In this document: positions 17,705 through 27,652 of the stretch, piece by piece
How the letters are laid out: every line of letters begins with the position of its first letter
How positions within the stretch are numbered: the stretch's first letter is position 1
Assembly: GCF_017876815.1 (NCBI RefSeq)
Contig: NZ_JAGIOS010000003.1
Location: 1,290,001 to 1,322,000, forward strand
Reading direction: 5' to 3'
Origin: Sinorhizobium meliloti
Lineage (GTDB): Bacteria; Pseudomonadota; Alphaproteobacteria; Rhizobiales; Rhizobiaceae
Length of the DNA: 32,000 bases
Translations under genes and position numbers: made by a program
The notes under the pieces: model-generated
Told to the model about the DNA's origin: nothing
Database searches by the model: none
Seen by the model: only the letters and a program-made list of their open reading frames with translations

Positions 17705-19449
17705 TTAACTTGTCATTGATGATTGTCGCAGGAAATTTCTTATCGAATCGGGGGGCATGGCTGCGCCCAACAAATTTCCCTGCAAGCGGTCGCACCTTAG
17801 CTTGCGGAGCCACGCCGCCTGAGCTGCGGTCTCTCGACACCTTCCGCTGTGACCCGCATTCCCAATCCGTGCGCAAGTGCGACGATCGCGCGGACGATCG
17901 CCTGGCTTTTCTCGTAGGTCTCGACGTCCTTGATGAAGTAACGGTCGATCTTGATCGTGTCGAACGGGAAGTTCTTTAGGTACGCCAAGGACGAATATTG
18001 CGTCCCGAAGTCATCGAGCGAGATGCGGATACCCATCACCTCCAACGTATGGAGGGTGTCGAGGTTGTTGGCGGTGCGCTCGAGCAATACCGACTCGGTG
18101 ATTTCCAACTCCAGGCGTTCTGGGGACAGACCCGCAGAATCAAGGGTGTTGGCGACACGGTCGGTAAGCCCTTTGCGGAGGAATTCGGCCGGCGAGAGAT
18201 TGACCGCAACTGTGAAGTGCTCGGGCCAATTCACCGCTTGTCGGCAGGCTTGCTCTAGCACCCATTCGCCGATCTCTCCCATCAGGCCGTCTGCTTCCGC
18301 CAAGGGAATGAACACGGCCGGCGGCACGATCCCAGCATAGGGGTGCTGCCACCGCAGCAGGGCTTCGAAGCCAACGATCGCATCGGTTTCTATGAGCGGT
18401 TGGTATTCGAGGAAGAATTGCCGTTCCTGCAGGGCGACACGCAGACTACGCCTTAGCATCTCGCGCTGTTCCAACATGATGAGCATCGAGCGATTGAAGC
18501 TTCTGGCTCGCCCGCGCCCATCGTTCTTGGCGGCATAAAGAGCGATGTCCGCAGCCTTCATCAGTTGCTCGCCATCGTTTCCGTCCTCGAGCGCGATCGC
18601 GATCCCGACGCTCGCTCCGACGAACACATCGATGCCTTCGACGGTGAACGGCTCTTTGAAAGCATTCACGATCGACTCGGCGAGACGTTCGGCCTCCATC
18701 GACGAGCTACTACGCTGGATGACGGCAAATTCATCACCGGCAAGCCGATAAGCGATGTCTCCTTCGCCAAGCACGGCCTGAAGTCGCTCGGCGGTACCCT
18801 GAAGTACGAGGTCACCGGCAGCATGCCCGAGCGTATCGTTGACGGGTTTGAAGTCGTCGAGATCGATTTGCATCAGCGCAATTCTTTCCACGCCCTCGAC
18901 TGGAAAACGGGCGTCCAAGTCGTCGCTAAATTGCCGGCGATTAGGTAACCCGGTCAACACGTCATGCAGCGCCTGGTGGCGAAGGAGAACGCGTTCGTCG
19001 CCCTCGAGTGCTAGGGAGAACGGGGAAACTGCGACTTCCCCCGTCTCGAAGATCCCGAGGAGGCCAGATTTGATGCGGCAGATAAACAGCTTCCGAGCAG
19101 GGGGGATCACGATGCTTCGCGGAAAACCGGTGACAAGCACCGATTCCACGACCAGCTTATGGTGAGAACCCAAGAGCTCCGGATATACACTCCCGATGGT
19201 CGCCTGCGACGATGCGGCGATCTGATATTTTCGCCCGAGTGCTGCGGAACAGCCGATAAGATTGGTATTCTCATAGAAGGAACTGAGCTCGTCGGCCTCC
19301 ATCAAAGGCAAACTAAAAACTGCATTGAACTCACTCATTGCCGAAACTCTCGTTGGTCCAGAGGTAAGCGCTTCGCGCAGCACCTTGCCGCCAATCCGCA
19401 CCGCCCCGGATAGGCGTGCCGTTCTGCAGTCAGTCTGGGCTCGCCTCAA
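17705..19449 (-). pseudogene. GGDEF-EAL c-di-GMP signalling protein with a 3' frameshift
   Basis: LTGLPNRRQF, a variant GGDEF motif (RLAGDEFAV), and EAL (GFEALLRWQHP) are present. After AEGVE the listed frame stops at 17797. An alternative frame gives the canonical EAL tail [28 protein letters not shown], ending at TAA 17705-17707. The shift lies at the TCTCTC run 17830-17835. The true start may be the internal MSEFNAV. Confidence 0.75.
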
Positions 19450-19573
19450 TTCCGGGCCGCACGTTAATGTTGCTCGTTTCCCCGCCTCAGATGCTATAGC
19501 ACGGCTGTATCGGTCAATAGCGCTGCCAGTGCAATGCTGATTTCTAAAGTACTTGTATCTTTTTGGAACGAGG

Positions 19574-20460
19574 TGCGTATCTAACGCAGAGCGGGCGGGG
19601 CAACTTTACGGTGGTATGGCTGGTTCTCGCGGGGCCGGCGCCACGCTGATCGGACTTAAAATGGATGCTCAGAGCACCCACACACAGCCAGTAAAGCGTG
19701 CAGTTGTCATGGTCGGGCAATCGACGCGGGCGCCGCGGAGCTCATGGCCAGCGCGGGTCGCACCAGACGCGACTTTCTCTTGAACCATCACCGCGGCGTC
19801 CACAAATGTGCTGCAGAGGCAGCGAAGGAGTTCAGCTGACTGAATCCGTACCGTAAAGCTGCGTGAATGATGGGGGACGACCCTCCGGGATCGGCTTTCA
19901 GGAGCAGGTCTCAAACAAGTCCGAGCTGCTGCGGTAAAGAGCCGTGGTGGTGAGCGTCGGATGAAAAGTTCGGTCGAGATCCGAGCAGGTGCATGTTCGA
20001 AAGACGAACGATAGTGAACCCTCCGAAGACGCGCCGTTAAGAATACAAGCGTCGTCGAAACCAGGACTGTTTCGTCATCCTGGGACAAGTCCGCGGGAAA
20101 CCTGATGACTGGGCGGGCGGCGACCGGCGTAGAGGGGGGCGTGAGTCGGATATAGGCTTTCACGCGGAACTGCAGGAACCAGGCTGCTCCTGATTGCAAA
20201 GGGAGAAGCTCAAGCGCGAGCAACCCGCAAGGCGAGAGCGATGCAGGAGACTGGGGCGGACCGCCCCGTATCAGCGTTGAGGGCCCTGTGAATGGGGGCG
20301 GAGCAAAGGGGGCCGGGTCAGGTGGTCGTATTGTTTGGAACAACTGGAAACAGGAGATTTCGATAGGTGCGACAGACAAGCCGTTTCGAATTGAGAAGCG
20401 GCAGGTGTACGAATCCTACAAAGCGGTCAAAGCCAACCCTGGTGCAGCCGGGGTGGATAC
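19574..20460 (+). mobile_element. 5' fragment of a group II intron (ribozyme domains I-IV start plus the first ~45 codons of the RT/maturase)
   Basis: GTGCG at 19574-19578 matches the intron 5' consensus GUGYG. It is followed by ~770 nt rich in GNRA-type hairpins (GAAA, GCAA, GTAA) with no credible ORF. Then comes TDKPFRIEKRQVYESYKAVKANPGAAGVD, a typical group II RT N-terminus. Similarity ends right after GVD (~20460). Domains V/VI are absent. Confidence 0.55.
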
Positions 20461-20503
20461 TGATGGACTGCTCTTTCTGTCCCCGGAGCGTTCAATACCG
20501 CGC

Positions 20504-20938
20504 CTATGCCGGATCCTGTTTTGCTAGTGCTTTCACTAGGCCGAGGATCCGGTCCCGCACCCTTTTGTCGGTGATCTGGGAGAAGGCGCGAATAAGCGCA
20601 AGACCCACATCGCTCGACGCAAACTCTATGATTTCTGGTTGCAGCTTCTTCTGGCCACTGCGGTTGTCGCCGCCGACCGGCGCTGCGCCGGGCATATCTT
20701 CGAAGAAATAGGAAACTGGCGCAACCAGCGCGTCTGCAATCTGTTGGAGACGGCTTGCTCCAACGCGGTTGGTTCCTTTCTCGTATTTTTGTACCTGCTG
20801 AAACGTCACTCCGATGGCGTCCGCAAGGGCCGTCAGTGTGACCTGCATCCATATCCGGCGCATCCGAATTCGACGGCCGACATGTACATCGACCGGTTCA
20901 GGCCTTCCCTTCATTTTATCGGGGTTAGGATTCAGCAT
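20504..20938 (-). CDS. XRE-family helix-turn-helix transcriptional regulator
   Basis: 144 aa. VHVGRRIRMRRIWMQVTLTALADAIGVTFQQVQKYEKGTNRVGASRLQQIADAL is a canonical Cro/CI HTH, followed by the C-terminal extension typical of Rhizobiales members. Confidence 0.85.
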   Translation of the reverse strand: MLNPNPDKMKGRPEPVDVHVGRRIRMRRIWMQVTLTALADAIGVTFQQVQKYEKGTNRVGASRLQQIADALVAPVSYFFEDMPGAAPVGGDNRSGQKKLQPEIIEFASSDVGLALIRAFSQITDKRVRDRILGLVKALAKQDPA

Positions 20939-21279
20939 TGCACTTCTCCATGTAGTTTCAGCGGTAGCTCTATATCGCGGCTCCGCTAGTGTCTGACTCA
21001 GTGCCCCCGCGCTTTGCGCTAAACCGCAATAGCAGATCGCGCGTCAAGTCAGACGCGGAGGAACGGAACCCGGTTAGAGAACCGGACGAGGCCGTTATCA
21101 TCGCCATACTTGCAGAGGCCGGCCAGAAGCACGAGCCCTCGCTTGGTGCGGCGATCCGACCGCAGTTCTGGCCGAGGGCGAGGCACTCTTCGGATGGCGC
21201 TCGGCGGTGCGGGCCTATTCTACGGCCGAGCTGGTGAAGGTGCTCGCCGGCGAGCGAGCGCAGCCCAGCGTCGAAGCGT

Positions 21280-21699
21280 TCATGGCCGAGCTGCCGGCGT
21301 TCCAATGGCCCAACGCCTAAATTGAGGCTTATTCTTCTTGGGTGGCGACCCGGCCAGCAGCAGCGCGATTGCAGCACGCTCTTCTGATGAGGCGATTCCA
21401 TCAAAATTGGCGGCTAGTTTCAGAGCGGCCCTACTGTGATCCAGGAACGCCAATGTTGCGTCGTCAATTCCGATACCCGCATAAAGACTGTTGAGATCAC
21501 AACCAATCGTTCTGGCGGTTTCGACGAGCTTTTTCGATGAAATCCGATCCTTGCCGCTCTCGTACTTCCGTACCTGCTGAAACGTGACGCCGATCGCATC
21601 GCCCAGTTCCTTCAGCGAGATCCCACTGATCTCCCGAAATCGACAAATGTCGGTTCCCAGCGCCGCGTCGGCGTCCTTGTCCGCTTGGCTTCTCCGCAT
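21280..21699 (-). CDS. XRE-family helix-turn-helix transcriptional regulator (paralogue of 20504-20938)
   Basis: 139 aa. The HTH is ICRFREISGISLKELGDAIGVTFQQVRKYESGKDRISSKKLVETA. The recognition-helix codons are nearly identical at DNA level to the neighbouring regulator. Confidence 0.8.
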   Translation of the reverse strand: MRRSQADKDADAALGTDICRFREISGISLKELGDAIGVTFQQVRKYESGKDRISSKKLVETARTIGCDLNSLYAGIGIDDATLAFLDHSRAALKLAANFDGIASSEERAAIALLLAGSPPKKNKPQFRRWAIGTPAARP

Positions 21700-23476
21700 A
21701 TGGCTTCAGTCCTTCGTTCACATGCCGGCTCCGATCCGAAGCCTTGATGTGCTCCTATCTCACCTCACTTCAACATTCACCTTAAAAAGGGAATAAACCA
21801 GATGGATAGATGGATAAAACCGTGCCTCCCAGCGCGGCGATGCCGCTATGGACAACCATCTTTGTCGCGGAATGCTTCATTTTCAGGAGGCACCGAGGAG
21901 GAGCGCGATGCGTCCTCCCGAGCGGGTCAAAACATTAGAATGGACTGCAGCTCTCGCAGCGGTCGTTTTCGTATGCGGCCCTTGTTGCGCGTTACTGTCT
22001 TGATGGTTCGATTTTCAAAGTGATGCTGGAGAAGCCTGCTTCGGCTGATCGTCGGCCGGTCAATGTCGGTACGGGCTCAATCGGCCTTGCGGCTAGAGCC
22101 TTGAGGTCCTCGGCGAGGCCGGCAAGCTGTGCCGCAAAGTCCAGAAGATTCGAAGCGGCGCACTGTGCCGCGATTTCTGAGAGGTCAGCAACCAGCTCGA
22201 TTGGGCCCGCGATTTCCGCTTTGCTGTCGTCCAAGTCCAAGCCCTCATTTCCATTGATGTGGGATCAATGGCGAGACCCGTCAAGGGCCGCGGGCCGGTG
22301 ACGAGCCTCCCGGCCACCTGCGAGGGGGGCAAAGTGACCGACGTCGGTTTAAATTTGAACAGTGCCCGGCCGCCATGCGCCAGTGCGGCTTAACCCGCTA
22401 ACAAAGCAACCCCTCAAGGACTATCAGGAGAAACGAATGAGCGTCATCATCGCTCAGGACGTGTGAACGAGAGCAACCTCGCGTCCGTGCTAAGCGGCGC
22501 TCGATAAATACGGAGACCGGTTCGGAATGGACGTCTCGCACAATATTTCGCCCAGCTCATGCATGAGGGCGGCGACTTTTGCGACCACGCGGTCCTTGCG
22601 ATGCCGGCGTATCCCGAACAGCGGCACCGGCAGCAGGGAGACGCCGTGGGCGCGTCCGAACGGACCCGCAACAATTCGGGCAAATCCTATCTGTTCCGGG
22701 GTCTTCATGGACCCCCATTTTGCCGTCGTAAACCGTTACCGCGTTTACCCAAAGCGACATGAGTAGCGCGGGCGAGGACTGCGTCCCTCTGCTTTTCTGC
22801 TTCAGTCAGCATAGCTACAAGGCCGTCGCCTTCAGGGGGCGGAACGGGAGCCGGGGACTTCTCAAGAATTTTCGAAACTTCTGGCTACCGGATTTTGCAC
22901 CCGAAAGCATTGTAAGCACGGACCCGGCGCAATCAGTGGTTTTACAGGGGTGTGCGAGACACCGCTTTGCGCTATATAGTTTGCGAGGCTGAAAAGTAAT
23001 GTACCTGTAACCGTCGGATGACGCTCATGGTTCTCATGGGTAGCCTTCTCATTGGTGAGAAGATGGGATCGGACAACTTCCTTCTATAAACATACGGAGA
23101 TGAAGTGATCTTCAGACCTCAAGCTGAGGCCCCGTGCGTGTATCACTAACGTTATAGACAATGCCCGCTGTCTCGCTCTTGCAGTTTGGGAGGTTTGATT
23201 GTTTGTATCTCACAAAATTGCGTTCTTCGGTGTGGCGAGCGTTCATTCGGCCGCCGATGTGCTATCGGCTGTTGCTCAAGAGGCCCGGACTGTGAGTAAC
23301 CCACCAACCTACATATTGGCTACCAGCGCTACATCGGCGAGTTCGTCTTGCATTGCCACATTCTCGATCATGAGGACCAGGGGATGATGCAGAACGTCAG
23401 GATCACCCTGCCGGACGGCCATGGCGGCACCGTTACCGGCCATCACTAGATAGCTGATCGCCTTTTGGGAGGACAT

Positions 23477-23869
23477 ATGAGCTTCGTCGGCACTTGGAGT
23501 TATCGGAGCCTGATCAACAATCCCGACCTGTCGACCGATTTCAGTGCCCTGGAATTTGGTCAGGGAACGCTGGTGCTAACCGAGTTGGAGCCGGGCAGGG
23601 TTGGCGGAACCATCGGCGGGCCGGGCTGGTCGTTAGAATTGACCGGCGCCGTGCAGCCGGGCGACCCGGTCGAACTGCAATTTACCGGAAAAGGCGAGGT
23701 GGCCGGAGAGACCTGGATCTACAGTTATCGCGGCTACGTCGTGCCGAACTGGCCGAACGGCGTCGACCAGAGAGATGCCATTGTCGGCAGCGTCGTCCGC
23801 GACGTCCCGCATTCGCACGGGACTGCTGCGGCCGGCTACGTCGCCTCTTGGTATGCCGTGCGGCAGTGA
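23477..23869 (+). CDS. small soluble protein of unknown function, co-oriented just upstream of the tyrosinase
   Basis: ATG 23477 is preceded by GGGAGG (23467-23472). The 130 aa sequence, MSFVGTWSYRSLINNPD...WIYSYRGYVVP...YVASWYAVRQ, has a beta-strand-rich, lipocalin-like GTW start. It ends 63 nt before the tyrosinase start. Confidence 0.65.
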   Translation: MSFVGTWSYRSLINNPDLSTDFSALEFGQGTLVLTELEPGRVGGTIGGPGWSLELTGAVQPGDPVELQFTGKGEVAGETWIYSYRGYVVPNWPNGVDQRDAIVGSVVRDVPHSHGTAAAGYVASWYAVRQ

Positions 23870-23932
23870 TGTTCCACCCCTTGCCGTAGCTGCAAGACAT
23901 TCTGTCTAACACCTGTTCAGGGGATAATCTCG

Positions 23933-25543
23933 ATGACACGCACGCGATTTCTGACGGTTTCACGCCGCTCTTTCGTCAAAGGCGCAACCGCTGCCGCCGG
24001 TACAGCCCTTTTCGCACCAAGCATTCTGCGGGCGGCGACCAAGCATAGGCGCAAGAACATGACCAGCGCCGATGGGCAGAAGGACTTGCAAACTTATATG
24101 GATGCCGTGACCGCGATGCTGAAGCTTCCGCCTTCGGATCCGCGCAACTGGTACCGCAATGGCTTCATCCACCTGATGGACTGCCCCCATGGCGACTGGT
24201 GGTTCACCAGCTGGCACCGCGGCTATCTTGGCTATTTCGAAGAGACTTGCCGCGAACTGAGCGGCAATCCGGATTTCGCCCTCCCATATTGGGACTGGAC
24301 GGCCAATCCCGAGGTTCTGCCGCCGCTGTTCGGCACGATTCTCGATCCCGTCAACAGCTCCGCCTACATTCCCGACCACAACCGCTTCCAGGACATCATG
24401 CAGGAGCCGATCAAGGCCTATTGGGACAGTCTCAGCTCCGCCCAATTGCAGCAGCAGAACCTGCGCGGCTATCCGGATTTTGATGCGCTATGGAGCGACG
24501 CAATGGCGAGCTTCGCCAACCAGCCGAACGCCCGCTTCCTGACGGCGCAGAATCCGAAACTCAATCCCGCCACCCAAACCGCAGTCGACATCGACACCAT
24601 CAAGGCATCGCTGGCGCCAACAACCTTCGCCAACGACGCGGGCGCTCCGGGTCTCGCTTTCAACAGTCCGGTATCGTCCAGCCACCAGGTGGCACCGGTC
24701 GGCTTCTCCATTCTTGAAGGCCAGCCGCATAACCGCGTCCATATGAGCGTCGGCGGCCAGAGCGCTCCCTATGGGCTGATGTCACAGAACCTGTCACCGC
24801 TCGACCCGATCTTCTTTCTGCATCATTGCAACATCGATCGGCTGTGGGATGTCTGGACCCGCAAGCAGCAGGCGATGGGCCTGCCCGTCGGGCCAACGGC
24901 TGACCAACAGACGCAGTACGATCCGGAACCCTATCTCTTTTATGTCGACGCTGACGGTAGCCCGGTCAGCGATAAGACTAGGGCGGCCGACTATCTCGCA
25001 ATCGGCGCCTTTGACTATGATTATGAGCCCGGCAGCGGCGACGAGGTGATCCCGGTTGCAACCGCCGGCCGCTCGGCCCCCATTCCGGCATTGGAAGCAG
25101 CCGTGCCTGCGTCCGCGGCCGTGGCCATAAACAAACCGGCGACTGCCAAGCTCACCGTTTCGCAGGAGCTCGTGGATGTTGCCGCGAAGCCTTCGGAACA
25201 GTCGCGTCAATTCGCTAAGGTCAGCATCGCGCCGCCCATGGACGTTGGCGGCCTGAATTTCCTCGTTTTCATTTCCCCCGAGGGAACGACGCCTGATCTC
25301 AACCCGGACGGACCGGATTTCGCCGGCAGTTTCGAGTTCTTCGGTGTTCGTCATCATCATACCGACACGGTCAGCTTCACCATACCGATCGACAAGGCGC
25401 TCGATAGGCTGATCGACGATGGTAGGCTCAAAGCGGGCGAACCGATCGACTTCAACGTTGTGGTAGCGCAAGCGGGCAAACGTATCGAAGGCAGCATGCC
25501 GGCGGAGGCAAGGCTGACCGACATTCAGGTTGGGTCGTTCTGA
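23933..25543 (+). CDS. Tat-exported tyrosinase / polyphenol oxidase (type-3 copper) with a C-terminal shielding-type domain
   Basis: The twin-arginine signal is SRRSFVKGATAAAG. The CuA region is FIHLMDCPHGDWWFTSWHRGYL and the CuB region is HNRVHMSVGG....DPIFFLHHCNIDRLW. About 200 further residues follow. The ORF is intact at 536 aa. Confidence 0.9.
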   Translation: MTRTRFLTVSRRSFVKGATAAAGTALFAPSILRAATKHRRKNMTSADGQKDLQTYMDAVTAMLKLPPSDPRNWYRNGFIHLMDCPHGDWWFTSWHRGYLGYFEETCRELSGNPDFALPYWDWTANPEVLPPLFGTILDPVNSSAYIPDHNRFQDIMQEPIKAYWDSLSSAQLQQQNLRGYPDFDALWSDAMASFANQPNARFLTAQNPKLNPATQTAVDIDTIKASLAPTTFANDAGAPGLAFNSPVSSSHQVAPVGFSILEGQPHNRVHMSVGGQSAPYGLMSQNLSPLDPIFFLHHCNIDRLWDVWTRKQQAMGLPVGPTADQQTQYDPEPYLFYVDADGSPVSDKTRAADYLAIGAFDYDYEPGSGDEVIPVATAGRSAPIPALEAAVPASAAVAINKPATAKLTVSQELVDVAAKPSEQSRQFAKVSIAPPMDVGGLNFLVFISPEGTTPDLNPDGPDFAGSFEFFGVRHHHTDTVSFTIPIDKALDRLIDDGRLKAGEPIDFNVVVAQAGKRIEGSMPAEARLTDIQVGSF

Positions 25544-25665
25544 GCGGCTCTAGGCCCAGGAACCCACGGTTTTGGTCATGCCGTTGGCCGCAAACACGCT
25601 CGTGGTGTTTTTGCAATGGCAACGAAGGATAACGGCAGCGCGCCTGCTGCGGGATTTAAGCGGAG

Positions 25666-25998
25666 ATGGCCGATCAACAACGCAAAATTGTGATCAACCT
25701 GCCGCGGGCGCCGCGGCCGGACGAGACCGTGGGGCTCAATATCATCACCGGCCCGTTGCCGCTCGGCGCGGAAATCCGCTTTCGAACCGCCGCCGGCCAC
25801 TTCATCGGTTCTGCCGTTCCATTCGGCAGGACCGATCCTGACAAGCAACTGGTATTCCAGCTATCGCTTTCCGGCCGCGACATCGATGGTTCCCTGCTGG
25901 AAATCTTCGCGGACATGCTCGACGCCGGGAGTTCCTTGCCGCGGGCGCCAACCGAACACGAACTTGTCTCGGTGACGGCGTGGATTGTGCAAAAGTGA
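25666..25998 (+). CDS. hypothetical protein
   Basis: 110 aa ORF on the same strand, 122 nt downstream of the tyrosinase. The composition is protein-like, with no recognisable motif. Confidence 0.4.
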   Translation: MADQQRKIVINLPRAPRPDETVGLNIITGPLPLGAEIRFRTAAGHFIGSAVPFGRTDPDKQLVFQLSLSGRDIDGSLLEIFADMLDAGSSLPRAPTEHELVSVTAWIVQK

Positions 25999-26061
25999 GG
26001 TTCTTCTTGTTACCATTTTGCGTCGACCGCCGATCGGCTGCGCCAGGCGAGGCGCGTTTAA

Positions 26062-26742
26062 TATCCGCATCAGCGCTTTGATCGAGACCTCAACACCCGG
26101 ACGATGCGCCGATATGGCAAATCGCGGCGTGCTTTGTTCGATGAAGTCGAGCGCGACCAGCTCAAGCCGCTGCCGTCAACGCCGTTTGAGTATGCGGAAT
26201 GGAAGGTCGCCAAGGTCCCATCCCGATTACCATGTCGAGGTCGACAAGACGTTTCCGTGCCGCACGCTCTCATCGGCAGACGGGTCGATATCAGGCTGAC
26301 GTATCGGGCAGTCGAGATCTTCTTTGACCACAAGCGTGTCGCCAGCCACATCCGAAGCTCGCAGCGCTCGGGCCACATTACCGTCAACGAACATATGCCC
26401 AAGGCTCACCAGCGCTACGCAAACACGACACCCCACACATTGCGCAGGGAAGCAGCAAAGGTCGGAACCAACACGGCGATTTTTATCGAACGTCTGTTAT
26501 GCGACCGCCGGCATCCTGAGCAAGGCTACCGATCTGCCCAAGGCGTTCTTTCCCTGGCGCGTCGTTACGAATCCGATCGGCTGGAACTGGCTTGCGAGCG
26601 AGCGCTGGTCATCAACGCACTGAGCTATTCGTCTGTCGCCAACATTCTCAGATCTGGTCTCGATCAGGCTCCGGCCATGAGCGAGGCTGTGAAGCCGGCG
26701 CCGCCGCACGGCAATATCCGCGGCAAAACCTACTACCAATGA
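26062..26742 (+). pseudogene. istA: IS21 transposase IstA, C-terminal fragment with frameshifts
   Basis: LNTRTMRRYGKSRRALFDEVERDQLKPLPSTPFEYAEWKVAKV lies in one frame. HPDYHVEVDKTF lies in a second frame, and SVPHALIGRRVDIRLTYRAVEIFFDHKRVASH... returns to the first. This matches the C-terminal half of IstA. Confidence 0.75.
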
Positions 26743-26754
26743 AGAGGACATCAG

Positions 26755-27529
26755 ATGCTGACACATCCAACACTGGATCAGATGAATGCGCTTGGTCTTG
26801 CCGGGATGGCGACCGCCTATCGCGAGCTTATCGAGCAGGCTCATGGAAACGACCTTAGCTTCGACGAACGGCTGGGGTTGATGCTCGATCGAGAGATCGC
26901 CGTAAGAACAGACCGACGGCTGACAAACAGGCTCGCTACAGCAAGGCTTCGTTTTGCCGATGTCTCGATCGAAGACATCGATTTTGGATTCACCGCGGTC
27001 TTGACCGCCGGAACGTCCTATCCCTGGCGCAAGGCGCATGGCTGAAGGCAAACGAGAACCTAATCCTGACCGGCCAAACAGGCACTGGAAAGACGTGGAT
27101 TGCCTGCGCCTTCGCACGACAGGCCGCCCGCCTCGACTACTCGGTGCTCTACGTTCGTATGCCACGACTGTTCGAGGACCCCGCACTTGCCAAGCTCGAT
27201 GGACGCTTTCCGCGCCTCGTCGATAAGCTGGCGCGCGTTCAGTTGCTGGTGCTCGACGACTGGGGAACCCACACCTTGAACGATCGACAGAGCCTCGATC
27301 TACTGGAAATCTTCGAGGAGCGGTATCTCCGGAAATCGACCCTGATAACGGCTCAGCTTCCCGTGGCCGCCTGGCACGAAATGATCGGAGAAGCCACGTT
27401 AGCTGACGCGATCTGGACCGTATTGTTCACAACGCTCACCGCATAACGCTCGAAGGCGATAGCATGCGGAAACGAAAAACGCCGACGCTCTTGACCGGCG
27501 CCGAAACAACCGAAATCAATCACCCGTAA
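26755..27529 (+). pseudogene. istB: IS21 helper ATPase IstB, two frameshifts
   Basis: [28 protein letters not shown] is followed by a shift near 26990. Then comes [36 protein letters not shown] (Walker A)...LLVLDDWG (Walker B)...ADAI. A second shift near 27412 leads to [22 protein letters not shown], with the stop at 27527-27529. Confidence 0.8.
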
Positions 27530-27652
27530 CAGCAATCAGGCAACCGGAAAATCGATCGCATCCGTTGTCCGCGACTTAGCGAAACGCTTGGAATGCACCC
27601 CTCAACTGAGACATATTAAGTAGCGGACAGTTTCTCGAATACAGGAACTGAA

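Larger units (their letters stand above)
26062..27600 (+). mobile_element. IS21-family remnant (5' truncated; istA C-terminal part plus istB)
   Basis: It begins inside istA; the HTH and DDE core are missing. istA' and istB keep the typical order and spacing. TGTCCGC/GCGGACA repeats lie downstream of istB. The boundaries are approximate. Confidence 0.75.

Noticed and set aside
17651-17876. N-terminal ~75 codons of the 420 aa ORF 16614-17876
   Set aside because: This part is read-through that overlaps the displaced EAL C-terminus of the neighbouring gene in another frame. The real pectate lyase N-terminus, with its signal peptide, lies in ORF 17354-17650.
19669-20379. 236 aa minus-strand ORF, the longest ORF in this stretch
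   Set aside because: It is Pro/Arg/Ser-rich and low-complexity with no motifs. It lies exactly antisense to the hairpin-rich segment I interpret as group II intron domains I-IV. It is most likely a high-GC shadow ORF.
20939-21404. ORFs 20970-21404 (-) and 20989-21237 (+) between and overlapping the XRE genes
   Set aside because: They are Arg/Ser/Pro-rich with no motif. One overlaps the 3' end of the 21280-21699 regulator. I treat the region as intergenic.
21992-22240. 82 aa helical ORF (MDLDDSKAEIAGPIELVADLSEIAAQ...)
   Set aside because: The composition is plausible, but the only start is a TTG with no obvious SD, and no family is recognised. The evidence is insufficient to report it as a gene.
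22490-22813. A 35-codon ORF and a 72 aa ORF overlapping by ATGA on the minus strand, considered as a toxin-antitoxin or a gene remnant
   Set aside because: I could assign no TA family motif. The 72 aa product looks like the N-terminal stub of a larger enzyme. It is probably debris in the 22.3-23.4 kb non-coding stretch.
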